From the IMG/VR virus record IMGVR_UViG_3300034061_006011: a stretch of DNA of 64,000 nucleotides; one strand, written 5' to 3'. The DNA is from a virus (lineage: Duplodnaviria; Caudoviricetes). The notes under the pieces are model-generated. The model made no database searches, had not been told where the DNA came from, and saw nothing but the letters and a program-made list of their open reading frames with translations. Shown one piece after another: positions 1 through 10,579 of this stretch (the stretch's first letter is position 1; the number at the start of each line of letters is the position of its first letter). The position numbers were made by a program, and so were the translations under genes.

Positions 1-507
1 GCCGCCGCCGCCACCAGCATCACCTCCAGTATATTTATCATATATTTTTTCGACTTTTCTTTTGCTCATCAATTTAGCATCTGTTGCTTTGCCTTGCATT
101 TGCAACATGATGTTTTTCAACAGTCTGTGTGACACAATGTCAGCTACATAAATACTACCTTTTTTCAATCCATGCTTTACCAGTTCTTTCATGTCTTTTA
201 AAGCACCATCACCACCTGATTTTCTAAAGTTTTGTTTATCTCTTTGAGCCAATCTTTCATTTAAAGTAAGAAGCTCTTTCATTATTCTGTTTTGTGATTT
301 ATCAGATGAAAAATAAGCTTTAATTGCAGCAAGCATTTTTTCAGTTGCTTTTAAATTTTGATCAAATTTAGCAGACATTTTAGACAAAAGACCAGCTAAT
401 TCATTTTCTCCGCCTTTTTCTGTGCCTTTAACAGTTTTAACGCTTCCAAGCATATCAGCAGCACTAGGTGCTGCTGAATATTGTTTACCAAGATTGTCTA
501 TTGCCAT
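1..507 (-). CDS. Hypothetical helical protein, runs off the window (MAIDNLGKQYSAAPS...); possibly tail/tape-measure associated
   Basis: ATG at 507 immediately after the stop of 509..1006; frame open to position 1 by manual translation. Confidence 0.6.
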   Translation of the reverse strand, partial: MAIDNLGKQYSAAPSAADMLGSVKTVKGTEKGGENELAGLLSKMSAKFDQNLKATEKMLAAIKAYFSSDKSQNRIMKELLTLNERLAQRDKQNFRKSGGDGALKDMKELVKHGLKKGSIYVADIVSHRLLKNIMLQMQGKATDAKLMSKRKVEKIYDKYTGGDAGGGGG

Positions 508-508
508 G

Positions 509-1006
509 TTAAACCTTTTTTATCATATCACTAACAGAGGCATTTACTAAATTCGAAATTTGACTTTTAATGTTATCTCTAATTGCTTCTGATTCTTGCG
601 GATCTAAAGCTCTTGCACTACCCATTGCATTTAAAATCAAATTGCAATCTAGAATCTTTAGACTTTTCAGTCCACCTCTCTTATAAGTTCTGTAAGCACT
701 AATTATATATTTATAAGATTTAACATTTTGATAATTAAAATCAGGACGACACGCATTTATTCCACTTCCTTGTAAAATAAATTTGACATCATTAAATGTT
801 AAATAATGTAAGTTCAATCCACTTATGTAGTTATTGCTAACATTTGTTAAAATAACTAAAGGATAAACATCATGTTTTGCAAAAGAATATTGAAATGTTA
901 CCAAAGCTCCACGAGAAACAGTTTTTAACGAAGGACCATATTGATTAGATCTTACGTTGTTGGTAACAAGATCTTTAAATAAACTACCATAAGTGTTACG
1001 AGCCAT
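509..1006 (-). CDS. gp2: T4 gp2-like DNA end protector protein
   Basis: Motifs D-x-YPLVI, GLNLHYL, AYRTY recalled from the gp2 family; T4-like context. Confidence 0.65.
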   Translation of the reverse strand: MARNTYGSLFKDLVTNNVRSNQYGPSLKTVSRGALVTFQYSFAKHDVYPLVILTNVSNNYISGLNLHYLTFNDVKFILQGSGINACRPDFNYQNVKSYKYIISAYRTYKRGGLKSLKILDCNLILNAMGSARALDPQESEAIRDNIKSQISNLVNASVSDMIKKV

Positions 1007-2384
1007 TCATCTTCTCTTTAATGGATTTATCTAATAGCATTTTCTTTGTATTATTAATTTCATCATAATCAGGAACTCTTCCAAGTAACTTAGTGTAAGA
1101 TGGGTTAGGACGTGTTTCTCCCATACTTCCGCCAACAAATTTCTTTGTTACATCAGAATAATCTTGCTTGAATACCTTCTTATAAAGGTCTCCCTTACCA
1201 AACAAATTTAGGAAATCAAGAATTTTGGAATGAGGAAGTCTGCTTGGCTTAGTAAGTAAATCATGAATTAAACTTGTTTCATGATTCCTTCCAGAACACC
1301 ATTGCCCAAGCTTCATAAAATTACCTATTTCTTCCACATCTCCTTTTGGATAACCTTGAGCTAAAAGGAGATTCTTAACCATTTCGACATCGTTGTTGTG
1401 CAACAAATATGCAGTTGTAAGAATTTTGTTATTAGGAAGATCGTTTATGATTTCTGTAATGTGACAATTTGGGAAAATTTTCTGTAATAAATTTATTTGT
1501 TTTAAATTTTTAAGAAATTGAGTTGGTGAAACATCTTGGTTATCAATACTTGCCAAGTAATAAGATTTAAGTATTTTCCCGTCATATTTTGCATCAACAT
1601 GTGTTTTCTTTAATACGTCAGCAAATTTTTCTGGGAAATTTTTCTGAGAAGAAAATCTACAAGCAAGATTTGCAATTCTAAAAGGAAGATAAATATCTCT
1701 TTTGAATGCTGTTTCTGGCAGCTCTATTGTAACAATTTCTCCTGTTTTGAGGTCATGGGCACCACCGACTGGATCAATTAATTCACCATTGTCTCCATCT
1801 GAACTTTTAAGTTTTAGATATAAAGCATTCATGGTGATGTCTCTTGTGTGAGCATCTTCTTCAATGTTTGTTGTAAATCTTGCTTCTGTTGGTGAAAGCA
1901 TTCTATTTTTTGTATTTTTATTCATTGTGGCAATGTGTGCTTTTTGCATGCCTTTTTGGACAGTTATTTCAATTGGATGATTTTTTTGATCAAATCTAGA
2001 TGGATAAAATACAAATTCTTTTTGATCAAATTGACCATGACCACTTACTTTTTTAATTGGTGTTTCTGAATTTTTCAGTATTAATATTATTTCATCAGGA
2101 GTTGCATCTGTGACTATATCAAAATTTTTGTATGTTTTACCTTTCAAATGATCTCTTAATGCTCCACCAGTCAAGTAAATTGACTTCCTTTTCATTGTTG
2201 GTTTAATCATTCCTTTACTTTTATCCATAGTGGTGTAACCAAGATGGACTTTATCGCTATTTTCAAAAGCATCTATAATAGGCTTTAGGAGAGAATTGAC
2301 AGTTGAATTTACTTTCAACGGTCTAAAATTGATTGATTCCTTGCTGTCTTTCAAGCGTATTTTAGATAAAATCTGTTCGCTCAT
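996..2384 (-). CDS. Class II tRNA nucleotidyltransferase / poly(A) polymerase family protein with altered catalytic motif
   Basis: YLTGGALRDHL..NFDIVTDATP (motif A), EEDAHTRDITMNALY (motif D region), LIDPVGGAHDL. Confidence 0.85.
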   Translation of the reverse strand: MSEQILSKIRLKDSKESINFRPLKVNSTVNSLLKPIIDAFENSDKVHLGYTTMDKSKGMIKPTMKRKSIYLTGGALRDHLKGKTYKNFDIVTDATPDEIILILKNSETPIKKVSGHGQFDQKEFVFYPSRFDQKNHPIEITVQKGMQKAHIATMNKNTKNRMLSPTEARFTTNIEEDAHTRDITMNALYLKLKSSDGDNGELIDPVGGAHDLKTGEIVTIELPETAFKRDIYLPFRIANLACRFSSQKNFPEKFADVLKKTHVDAKYDGKILKSYYLASIDNQDVSPTQFLKNLKQINLLQKIFPNCHITEIINDLPNNKILTTAYLLHNNDVEMVKNLLLAQGYPKGDVEEIGNFMKLGQWCSGRNHETSLIHDLLTKPSRLPHSKILDFLNLFGKGDLYKKVFKQDYSDVTKKFVGGSMGETRPNPSYTKLLGRVPDYDEINNTKKMLLDKSIKEKMNGS

Positions 2385-2770
2385 TATTGTTTAACCCCTA
2401 AAATGTATAAAATGTATGCTATTAAAACTGGTATGCTGATATTATAAATAATAACTGCAATATTTTTAATTTGGTTTTCTGTACCAGATTTAAATCTTTT
2501 TAAATCGTGTATAAAAGTTTCTAAATCAAAAGCTCTATTGTTAACTTCTTCAATGCTAGCATCAATTTCTTCAAACTTATTTTCAAAAATCATGATCTTT
2601 GTTTGCATTTCTATATTTTTTTCAATAATCTTTTCAAATTTATCGTAAATTTTTTCTTGATTCTCAAGTAGAATTTTAACTCTTTCATCAATTCTTGAGG
2701 TCATGTCGTAAAGTATCTTTACTCTAGACTCAAGTTCTTCATCAGCAGTTAATTTTCTTGCATTTACCAT
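2384..2770 (-). CDS. Coiled-coil protein with C-terminal transmembrane helix
   Basis: Heptad-rich body; hydrophobic IAVIIYNISIPVLIAYILYILGV; TAAATA 6 nt upstream of ATG. Confidence 0.6.
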   Translation of the reverse strand: MVNARKLTADEELESRVKILYDMTSRIDERVKILLENQEKIYDKFEKIIEKNIEMQTKIMIFENKFEEIDASIEEVNNRAFDLETFIHDLKRFKSGTENQIKNIAVIIYNISIPVLIAYILYILGVKQ

Positions 2771-2807
2771 TAATACTATTTAGAATTTCATACATAAAAA
2801 TAAAAAA

Positions 2808-2832
2808 AGAACCCCAATTTAAATGGGGTTCT
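2808..2832 (-). terminator. Rho-independent terminator
   Basis: AGAACCCCA / TGGGGTTCT stem with A-run on its left (T-run on minus strand). Confidence 0.7.
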
Positions 2833-2859
2833 ATAAAAATATAATTTTTATTTAACTTT

Positions 2860-2982
2860 TTAATTAATTTTCTTATTCGGAAAATTGCCAGTAATATAAC
2901 CAATTGCTAATGTAGCACCTATTGCAGGATTCATGACACTTACTGTACCAGCAATAAGCCACCAACAAGCGTTATTAAACAT
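2860..2982 (-). CDS. Small membrane peptide (40 aa, MFNNACWWLIAG...)
   Basis: Manual translation; AGAAGG SD-like upstream; lies between a sigma70 promoter and a terminator. Confidence 0.5.
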   Translation of the reverse strand: MFNNACWWLIAGTVSVMNPAIGATLAIGYITGNFPNKKIN

Positions 2983-3045
2983 GATCGTCTACCTTCTACA
3001 AAAAATGTGGATCTACATGTCACCTTTATTCAAGTTGACTCCTTA

Positions 3046-3073
3046 ATTATAGCATGTCACGCAAGAAAGTCAA
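3046..3073 (-). promoter_or_regulatory. Sigma70-type promoter with extended -10
   Basis: TTGACT-16-TATAAT, preceded by TGC, on minus strand. Confidence 0.7.
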
Positions 3074-3161
3074 AAAAATTTCATCGTTTTTTTTACTATA
3101 TAAGTGATTGGGGTATTTACCCCTAATCTTAAAAAGGCTGGGGTTCATACCCTGAAAAATT

Positions 3162-3590
3162 ATGAGTGACCAATCAATTATTCCGCCGCTTCCAATTGTT
3201 ATGCCTGAGAACAATCAAAGTTCACCAGTTTCTGATAATGATCTTCTCGATATATATAATGAAATATTAGATGATCTAAGAAATGACAGAAAGGAAGTAG
3301 ATTCAATTTTAGCTAACTTTGTTGAAATGGTCATGAACGAAGGCGATTCTACTTCATCAAGCAAAGAAGCATTAGTTAATTTGGCAAAATTAAAATCAGA
3401 TATCGCAATAGGAAAGACTAAAATTGCCGATCTTATGACATCTTTGAAACTTAAAGAAAAGCAAGGATCAAAAATTCAAGCAACACAAAACAATAATATA
3501 ACGATAACTGATAGAAGAAATTTGATTGATACCATAAATAAATTAACGAATAAGAAGGAAGCAAAAAATGCCGAATTTGATCAATCTTGA
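3162..3590 (+). CDS. Hypothetical protein, possible gp16-like small terminase subunit
   Basis: Helical body then TQNNNITI..L..L tail resembling gp16 C-termini; weak. Confidence 0.4.
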   Translation: MSDQSIIPPLPIVMPENNQSSPVSDNDLLDIYNEILDDLRNDRKEVDSILANFVEMVMNEGDSTSSSKEALVNLAKLKSDIAIGKTKIADLMTSLKLKEKQGSKIQATQNNNITITDRRNLIDTINKLTNKKEAKNAEFDQS

Positions 3591-4842
3591 AAGCTGGTTG
3601 TTAAAAGAACAAGAAAACCCAGCACCGGGACCGGAAGCATTGGCTGGATCAGATCCTTCCAGTCTTCCTCCCGAATCGTTTAATAAAACAACTCAGGTAA
3701 GTGTTCCACAGCAAAATCAGCCTATGGATCAACCAACTGCTAATCTTGAAGAACCTAAATCACCAGACATGCCCAAAAGCAAAGACGTGTCTGATTTTAG
3801 TTCATGGAAGAATAAATTCTTCAAAGAAAGTATTAAAAACGATCCCAACACATTATTACAAATGATAAATTCTATAAGAGATGGAGAATTATCTTCTTAT
3901 CAGAAAAAGTTTGTAGAAGACAATTTGCAAATTGTCTTCCTAAGACAAAATGCAAATATTAATAAAGCATCTGGAGAAATGAGAAAGAAAATACGAGATG
4001 ACTTGGATATGGCTAATCCCGGCACATCTCTTGCAAATCACTTTTCTTCTGTTCTAAGCACAATGCCAGAACTTATTAATACTTTTATAAGAATTTCTGG
4101 ACTGGGAAGTAACAAAGCTGATCTTCATAGAAAGTATATTGCATCTCTGATCGGAGCAATTCAAGTTGGATCTGGAGCACAACAAGAAGATATTATTTAC
4201 AACGAAAAAACATTTTCAATTAGAATTTCTACTAGATTTAATAGTAAATTTGGTTTGATTGATGTTGGTCGCTGGACCCTTCAACAAGATGATCCACAGA
4301 AGTATTTGGCTGAACCAGAATTAGAAAAATTAGACTCTGGAGCACCTGAAGAAAAAAGAGTTTTAAGGCATAGAATTATTGTTGAATCAATAGCAAACTC
4401 TTTTGAGAAGAGAGTTTTTGTGACCAATGTGCTTGCTGATAATGGCACTGTTTACTTTGTTGGAATGGATCTGTCAAATATTCTTAGAAGTGGATATGAC
4501 AACGGTGTTTTCAATGTTCAATCATATCAAAATGATGCATCAGAAGCATTATTTGATACAGATGGTAATTTGGTAACACTTCAAGATATAAAAATTCAGT
4601 ATGAAAAAGAAAGTGGAGAAATGGATGAGAACGGTAGTCCTGTGAAAGATAGGACTGAATTCTTAGTCAAGAAGGATGGTATTTTATTCATCAATGCTTC
4701 TCTTGAAACATTGATGGATGCTGCTGGCAATGTCAATGGATTAAATGTCAAAGAATTACCATTTAATGGCAATCCAAGTGATTTGGTTAGTCTAACACGT
4801 TGTGTTCCTTCAGCACCTGAAATTATTTTAAGGAACTGTTGA
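3568..4842 (+). CDS. Hypothetical phage protein with Pro-rich N-terminus
   Basis: 424 aa ORF overlapping the previous stop. Confidence 0.7.
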   Translation: MPNLINLESWLLKEQENPAPGPEALAGSDPSSLPPESFNKTTQVSVPQQNQPMDQPTANLEEPKSPDMPKSKDVSDFSSWKNKFFKESIKNDPNTLLQMINSIRDGELSSYQKKFVEDNLQIVFLRQNANINKASGEMRKKIRDDLDMANPGTSLANHFSSVLSTMPELINTFIRISGLGSNKADLHRKYIASLIGAIQVGSGAQQEDIIYNEKTFSIRISTRFNSKFGLIDVGRWTLQQDDPQKYLAEPELEKLDSGAPEEKRVLRHRIIVESIANSFEKRVFVTNVLADNGTVYFVGMDLSNILRSGYDNGVFNVQSYQNDASEALFDTDGNLVTLQDIKIQYEKESGEMDENGSPVKDRTEFLVKKDGILFINASLETLMDAAGNVNGLNVKELPFNGNPSDLVSLTRCVPSAPEIILRNC

Positions 4843-4843
4843 T

Positions 4844-5347
4844 ATGATATTATTCAATGAATATGTTAACAGGCATCATTTTATGGCGAAGAAAAGACTT
4901 CGCCTATTGAGGCGTGTATTAGAAAAAGACGGTCTTGAAGTTGAAGATTTTACTCATGATAATCAAGACCCTTATATATTTGTTTATTCCTATCCAGTAT
5001 CCACTACGTTCCAAGGTGTAAGATTTTACATGCATGGAGAAATATTAGCTTTCAGGACACAAAAGAAGCCCGAAACGCAACCATACGGCGAAGCTTACGA
5101 ACTTGATGTACAAACAATGTTGGTTGATGTATTTGAAACAGAAGATGACAAATCTGAAAAGCATATTACGAAAATTTTGATGAAGTTGATTAGCAGAGAA
5201 GTTAGAAATCATTTTAAGAAAGAAAAGGTTGCAGAAGAAGAATTATTGACAGGACAGATCAGTAATGCTAAAGATGCAGCTGGACAGATAGTGATTAGAA
5301 ACACAGGAACTGATTACAGTAACACGGTGTTCAGTAAATTCAATTAA
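4844..5347 (+). CDS. Hypothetical protein
   Basis: 167 aa ORF in operon; weak CTS-like start MILFNEYV. Confidence 0.65.
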   Translation: MILFNEYVNRHHFMAKKRLRLLRRVLEKDGLEVEDFTHDNQDPYIFVYSYPVSTTFQGVRFYMHGEILAFRTQKKPETQPYGEAYELDVQTMLVDVFETEDDKSEKHITKILMKLISREVRNHFKKEKVAEEELLTGQISNAKDAAGQIVIRNTGTDYSNTVFSKFN

Positions 5348-5355
5348 GGTGAGAA

Positions 5356-6213
5356 ATGATAAACTTTTTTGATTTTATTAATGAATCAATTCTTGGGAAA
5401 AAGCTTGATGATTTTTTATCAAGCTTTCCTTTTTCAAATAATACAATAATTGTTTTTGATGTTGAGACAACTGGATTTAATCCTCGTTTACCACATGTTC
5501 AAATTACAGAACTTTCTGCCATTCCTGTTGATTTAAAAACTGGCGATCTTGGAGATCCTTTCGTTAGAAATATCAAATTAAATCCTGAAACATTAAAGAA
5601 AATGGAACATGAGAAAGAAAACCCTGTTGTTCAAAAATCAAGAGTAATGTCAGTTGCGGATGTGTTAAAGTTTCAATCATACGATATTGAGTCGTCCACA
5701 CATGATGAAGTTGATGCTGCTGTTGATTTTAAGAATTATGTTGAGTCACATTCAAATGTAATTATGGTTGCTCACAATGCAACATTTGATATGAGTTTTA
5801 TTAATGGTTTATTGCAGAGAGAAGGGATTGATAGAATCAAAAGACCTGTTATTGATACTTTCAAGCTTGCCAAAGTTTATTTAGAACCAATTTTAAACAT
5901 TATGGCATCTGGTGGAGATGCTGCTGGTTTAGCTATTTTGGAGAAACTGAAAGATAAATCTGGATATGTTAGAACAACATTATCATCTTTAGGATCAGCA
6001 TTTGGAGTTGCAACGCAAGGCAGTCATGTGGCAATTAATGATGTAATACAAACTGCAATTTTGCTTAAGAAAATTATTGAATTTATACAGGAACATTACC
6101 ACAAATTGGATCAAGAAGTGGTTCAGTCAGCTTTTGATTCATCCAAACGAAATTGGCAAAAATTTAAAAAGAAAGTTAATCTTCAAAGAAGAGGAATTGA
6201 ACTAAAAAAATAA
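5356..6213 (+). CDS. DEDDh 3'-5' exonuclease (DnaQ/epsilon-like) with CTS-like N-terminus
   Basis: ExoI VFDVETTG, ExoII AHNATFD, ExoIII HVAIND; starts MINFFDFINE. Confidence 0.88.
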   Translation: MINFFDFINESILGKKLDDFLSSFPFSNNTIIVFDVETTGFNPRLPHVQITELSAIPVDLKTGDLGDPFVRNIKLNPETLKKMEHEKENPVVQKSRVMSVADVLKFQSYDIESSTHDEVDAAVDFKNYVESHSNVIMVAHNATFDMSFINGLLQREGIDRIKRPVIDTFKLAKVYLEPILNIMASGGDAAGLAILEKLKDKSGYVRTTLSSLGSAFGVATQGSHVAINDVIQTAILLKKIIEFIQEHYHKLDQEVVQSAFDSSKRNWQKFKKKVNLQRRGIELKK

Positions 6214-6228
6214 ATTTAAGGTAAATTT

Positions 6229-7137
6229 GTGATAAAAATATTAAGAGAAAATTCTTGTTACGAAATAAATAATAATATTCCTTTAGAATATCGTGCTCCT
6301 AAAGAAATTCTTTTAACTGGAGGAATTGGCGATTTAATTGCACTTGATAGTCATTTCCCAAGAATTTGGCATTTTTCTGTTGAAAAAATTGTTTTAGCAA
6401 CAAGGGTCGCCGATTTTGTTTTTAGTTTATACAAAAATAAACTTTTTGGTTTTAAGAATGCAAAAGTAGAAATTATTCGCACAAACTATGCTGATCCAAT
6501 TCATAATATTAATGAGTTAAGAAGAAAAACTAATTATAAAAATTCTCCTAATCTTTTAGATTGTAGCATAGCAAAAATATTTCCATTTATTAATAGAAAT
6601 CAGCTTCCTTATTTCAAAAGTTCTCTTTTTAATATTGAACAAAATTTGGATAAGTTTAATTTGCCAGAAAAATATATTGTTATTTGTCCTATTACAAATC
6701 ACGATAGTATTTGCTCTCGCTCTGGCTCAAATTTAATTCCCAAAAGACCACCAAGGAATTTTGAGAGTGAAGAATTAGAAGCAATAAATTTATTTTTAAA
6801 TAATAAAAAAATTAAAGGAGTTGTTTTGCATAATGATAAGATTGAAAATTTAGATGAAAATAATATAATTAATTTAACTGGTGAAACAAAATTCATAGAG
6901 AGCATAGGCATTATTAATAATGCATCTGGTTTTATAAGTATAGATTCTTGTTTAGCTGTTTTGGCTTGCCAAATATTTAACAAAAATGAAATATTAATTA
7001 AATCAAATAATAAACAATATTATGACAATATAAAACCATATACAAATCCTTTAAATACAAATGAAATGATTGTAAGAAATATTTGTGAAAATAATTTTAT
7101 TTATAAAAAGAGAAATGGACTAATAATAGTTCGATGA
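6229..7137 (+). CDS. GT9 (heptosyltransferase-like) glycosyltransferase
   Basis: GGIGDLI; PEKYIVICP; INLTGET; FISIDSCLAVLA. Confidence 0.7.
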   Translation: MIKILRENSCYEINNNIPLEYRAPKEILLTGGIGDLIALDSHFPRIWHFSVEKIVLATRVADFVFSLYKNKLFGFKNAKVEIIRTNYADPIHNINELRRKTNYKNSPNLLDCSIAKIFPFINRNQLPYFKSSLFNIEQNLDKFNLPEKYIVICPITNHDSICSRSGSNLIPKRPPRNFESEELEAINLFLNNKKIKGVVLHNDKIENLDENNIINLTGETKFIESIGIINNASGFISIDSCLAVLACQIFNKNEILIKSNNKQYYDNIKPYTNPLNTNEMIVRNICENNFIYKKRNGLIIVR

Positions 7138-7985
7138 TAAAATTAAAACATTGTAATTTTAACAGTTGGTATAATTGTTTGCAAAATAAAGAATTTATTT
7201 ATTCAAACGAAGGAATCGGAGATACAGTTATTAGTGTAAATTTCGCCAAACATAGAAATACAGGAATAATAAGATATTACGACAATGATTATAGAAATAA
7301 ATTTATTGATGAATATTGTAAATTAATCGGTGTTTCCTATTACTTGATTGATAGAAAAGAAACTGATGCAATAATAAAAAATAATAATTATAAAAAAATA
7401 TATCAATTTAATTTTCATAATCATTACAACATACCAAACAAAGACGAAATAATGAGTAGCATTTACATGATGAATCATGGATTCATTAAACAAAATGATT
7501 GCGATCCAAACACAATTTTTATTTGTCCTATGGGATCAACTAATATCGATATGAGAAATAGAAGATTTATGGATAAAAATTATTTTTATCCAATGGTTGA
7601 AAATTTAATAAGAAAAAACAATAAAATATATTTTGTTGGAATAGAAAAAGATATACAAGAGTACGGATTTATAGATGGAACTAAATGGATTAATACAAAT
7701 TATATTATTCATAATTCAAATGACAAAGAAAAAATAAATATTTCTACTTTTTTACAAATGGTTGCAAATGCTAAATTAGCAATTGCTGCACCAACATCGT
7801 TTCCATTAATTTCTTCAATGTTTGCTATTCCGACACTAACTCTGCATAGATACAATGCTTCCAATCACCCAGTGACAAGTAATGGAAACGATAATTTTCA
7901 TTATCATTTTTATAATACAAAATGGTATAAAACTTTAAGAATGGTTTCTTACCAAGAAATAATCTCTCATATAGACAATATGTAA
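7134..7985 (+). CDS. GT9-like glycosyltransferase
   Basis: EGIGDTV; IFICPMGS; LQMVANAKLAI...PTSFPLISSMFAIPTL. Confidence 0.55.
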   Translation: MIKLKHCNFNSWYNCLQNKEFIYSNEGIGDTVISVNFAKHRNTGIIRYYDNDYRNKFIDEYCKLIGVSYYLIDRKETDAIIKNNNYKKIYQFNFHNHYNIPNKDEIMSSIYMMNHGFIKQNDCDPNTIFICPMGSTNIDMRNRRFMDKNYFYPMVENLIRKNNKIYFVGIEKDIQEYGFIDGTKWINTNYIIHNSNDKEKINISTFLQMVANAKLAIAAPTSFPLISSMFAIPTLTLHRYNASNHPVTSNGNDNFHYHFYNTKWYKTLRMVSYQEIISHIDNM

Positions 7986-8002
7986 ATCAAGAAAGGTCTG
8001 TA

Positions 8003-8611
8003 ATGTTACTTATTAAAAGGAAAGAATTAAAAAGATTTGATCAAATTTTTAATAGTATTCAATCTGATTTTGAATTTTGCCTTATGGGAGAAGGTAAAAC
8101 AAAAACTGTATATGATGAATTTATAAGTATTGGCAAAAAAGGAATTACTGCTGAAATCGGCGTTTTCATGGGTTTTACATCAAAAGTCATAGCCCTTTCA
8201 AATGGCGGAAGTACACATTTTTGCTACGATACCTTTGAAGGAATAGCACATGTTAATTCCCAAATTGATGTCCACCAAAATGGAGAATTTTCTTGCAGTC
8301 TTGAAAAAGTAAAACAAAGTATTAATTTGCCAAATGTTATATACAAAAAAGGAACATTTCCAGAAACATTTGCAGAAAGCAATTTAGAATTTATATTTGT
8401 ACATAGCGATACTGATACTTATCATGGAACTAAAACAACATTTGATAATTTTGCAGAGATTATGTGTATGGGTGGTAAAATGTTATTTGATGATTATAAA
8501 TGGAAAAATTGTCCCGGCGTAGAAAAAGCTGTACATGAATTTCTAAATGTAAATAATAATTTTTCTTTTAAAGAATTTACGCACCAATGTGTCTTGACAA
8601 AAATCAAATGA
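8003..8611 (+). CDS. TylF/MycF-family O-methyltransferase
   Basis: AEIGVFMG, YDTFEG, KGTFPETF, FVHSDTDTY, LFDDY.W..CPGV.KAV.EF. Confidence 0.85.
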   Translation: MLLIKRKELKRFDQIFNSIQSDFEFCLMGEGKTKTVYDEFISIGKKGITAEIGVFMGFTSKVIALSNGGSTHFCYDTFEGIAHVNSQIDVHQNGEFSCSLEKVKQSINLPNVIYKKGTFPETFAESNLEFIFVHSDTDTYHGTKTTFDNFAEIMCMGGKMLFDDYKWKNCPGVEKAVHEFLNVNNNFSFKEFTHQCVLTKIK

Positions 8612-8659
8612 CAGAACTTTTAACATTCTGTCATTTGATTTAAAATTATAATTATCCAA

Positions 8660-8788
8660 CTATCCAGCTATCCAGCTTTTAATTTTTGTAACAGCAAATT
8701 CATACATCATTTTAACCCACATTGGCTGAGGAATAAGATTCCAACCAACCAACAAACCACAACCGAACCAAAACATTGCTTCCATCAT
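8660..8788 (-). CDS. Small membrane protein (42 aa, MMEAMFWFGCGLLVGWNLIPQP...)
   Basis: Manual translation; GGAGG SD 6 nt upstream. Confidence 0.6.
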   Translation of the reverse strand: MMEAMFWFGCGLLVGWNLIPQPMWVKMMYEFAVTKIKSWIAG

Positions 8789-8841
8789 GGTACACCTCCA
8801 AATGTATATATTATTACTCCTTTATTTTCTTCTCAAATCAA

Positions 8842-10251
8842 TTAACGGCTAACAGTTATTGAAAACGGTATTGCGACAGAATTCAAACTAGGATTTTGAT
8901 TAAGTTTTTCAGTTTCATTGACACCAATTTTGAAATTAGTAGTTTTATGAAATGGGGAATGAAACTTGTAATTTTGTTTGATATGAGAAAATAAAAATTC
9001 TTCACCAAATGATGGTCCGTCTGTCATATCTTTAGAAAAAGAATATCCTAATGCTCTATCAACTGCGTCTCCTATTCTATATTGATATAGGTCTGACCAA
9101 GACATTACATCTTCTTTGTTCATTGGTCTGTCATTTCTTGCAATTGTAACAAAGCCTGAAACAGTTACTTTGCCTGATTGATCATAATCTATTTTTTTGA
9201 AAATTATTTTTGACTGTTCAGCGTTTTGACCCCATGAAAGCGATGCACCCGTAAATCTGTTTTTAAATGCATTAATTGCTCTATTTTCTTGTGCGCTTTG
9301 TGATTGTACTTGTTGTACCTGTGCATCAGGTATAGCTGAATCACCAGCATTTTGAGGAAGCGCACCAATCGCACCAAGACCTAATGCTCCAGCAAGAGCA
9401 ATATTTCTTCCCTGCCTTGCAGCAAAACTAGCTAAATCACTAACCATATTCTTCAATGAAGAATTGGAAGATCTAGCTAAAGAATTGCTAAATATTTTCT
9501 TGACAGACTCGCCACCAGAAGAAAGAGCTTGTTTTACTTTCGGTTCAAGTTTAGTAGCAATGTCTTTCTCTTCATTGTCTAATAATCTAATTTCTATTTT
9601 TTTGTCAGCCTGATTAAGCTCACTTACGTTCCTTATAACTTCTTGTTTAAATATTTTAAAGAATGTCTTAGTAGTGTTTAAATCAAAACCTTTTGTAATT
9701 TCATCTTTAAAAGCATCGACGGCTTTTGATAAAACATAACCAGAATTATACATACGATAAACTTGGAGTGCTTGGTATGGAATTTCAAAATAATAGTTCA
9801 GAATGTCATTTATAGTATTCTTATCATACTTGTTTTGCTCAAACTGTTTTCTTAATGTTTCTTTCATGTGAATTAAAGATAAAGCATTTCGTGCAGAATT
9901 GGCAAATTCTTGTGTATCTTGTACTGTTTTTAATATCGTTACTATTCCTGTAAATATAGTTTTAGGACTAAAAGTAAGAGCAGCATCCACTAGTTCAACA
10001 ACATTGCCTCCCAATTTTTTTGCACCAGTACCAGCAGCAGCAGTTGTTATATCAGCAGCATCTCTACTTCCTGCGCTTGAACCTGTTAAAGCTCCAAATA
10101 CTGGTCGGAATCTGTCCAATAAAGATTCTTTCAAAATAGATTCTGATCTACTAAACCAGTCTACTATAGCTTCCATGTAAATGACATCTTCTGTCAATAC
10201 ACTAATTCTTTCCTGCTCTACAAAAAAACTCTTAAAAGATTTGGTTTTCAT
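8842..10251 (-). CDS. Hypothetical protein with CTS-like N-terminus and internal hydrophobic segment
   Basis: Start reassigned to 10251 (AAGGA SD; MKTKSFKSFFVEQE); IALAGALGLGAIGAL segment. Confidence 0.7.
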   Translation of the reverse strand: MKTKSFKSFFVEQERISVLTEDVIYMEAIVDWFSRSESILKESLLDRFRPVFGALTGSSAGSRDAADITTAAAGTGAKKLGGNVVELVDAALTFSPKTIFTGIVTILKTVQDTQEFANSARNALSLIHMKETLRKQFEQNKYDKNTINDILNYYFEIPYQALQVYRMYNSGYVLSKAVDAFKDEITKGFDLNTTKTFFKIFKQEVIRNVSELNQADKKIEIRLLDNEEKDIATKLEPKVKQALSSGGESVKKIFSNSLARSSNSSLKNMVSDLASFAARQGRNIALAGALGLGAIGALPQNAGDSAIPDAQVQQVQSQSAQENRAINAFKNRFTGASLSWGQNAEQSKIIFKKIDYDQSGKVTVSGFVTIARNDRPMNKEDVMSWSDLYQYRIGDAVDRALGYSFSKDMTDGPSFGEEFLFSHIKQNYKFHSPFHKTTNFKIGVNETEKLNQNPSLNSVAIPFSITVSR

Positions 10252-10259
10252 TGTTGTCC

Positions 10260-10535
10260 TTAAGTACATTCAATCATTTTTCTTTCGCCGTTTTCAATTA
10301 TTTCTATATATTCACGCCAACTTAAAGTTTTATGCCTTCTGATAATTTTTATTTGACCAGCATGAACTTTTCTATGACAGTTAGAACACAATAAAACGCA
10401 ATTTTCATGGTCATATGTGCCTTTATTTGCCCCTTCATGAATTCTATGAATGTCTAAGGTAGCAAGATTGCTCTCACCACATAAAACACATTTTCCTCTA
10501 GACAATTTGTATGTTTTTTTGTTTTTAATTCTCAT
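10260..10535 (-). CDS. HNH endonuclease
   Basis: CVLC..LDIHRI..N..LLCSNCHRKVH. Confidence 0.85.
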   Translation of the reverse strand: MRIKNKKTYKLSRGKCVLCGESNLATLDIHRIHEGANKGTYDHENCVLLCSNCHRKVHAGQIKIIRRHKTLSWREYIEIIENGERKMIECT

Positions 10536-10579
10536 AGTTTAACTAAATAAATGTATAACAATTTATTTATGGGTAAAAC

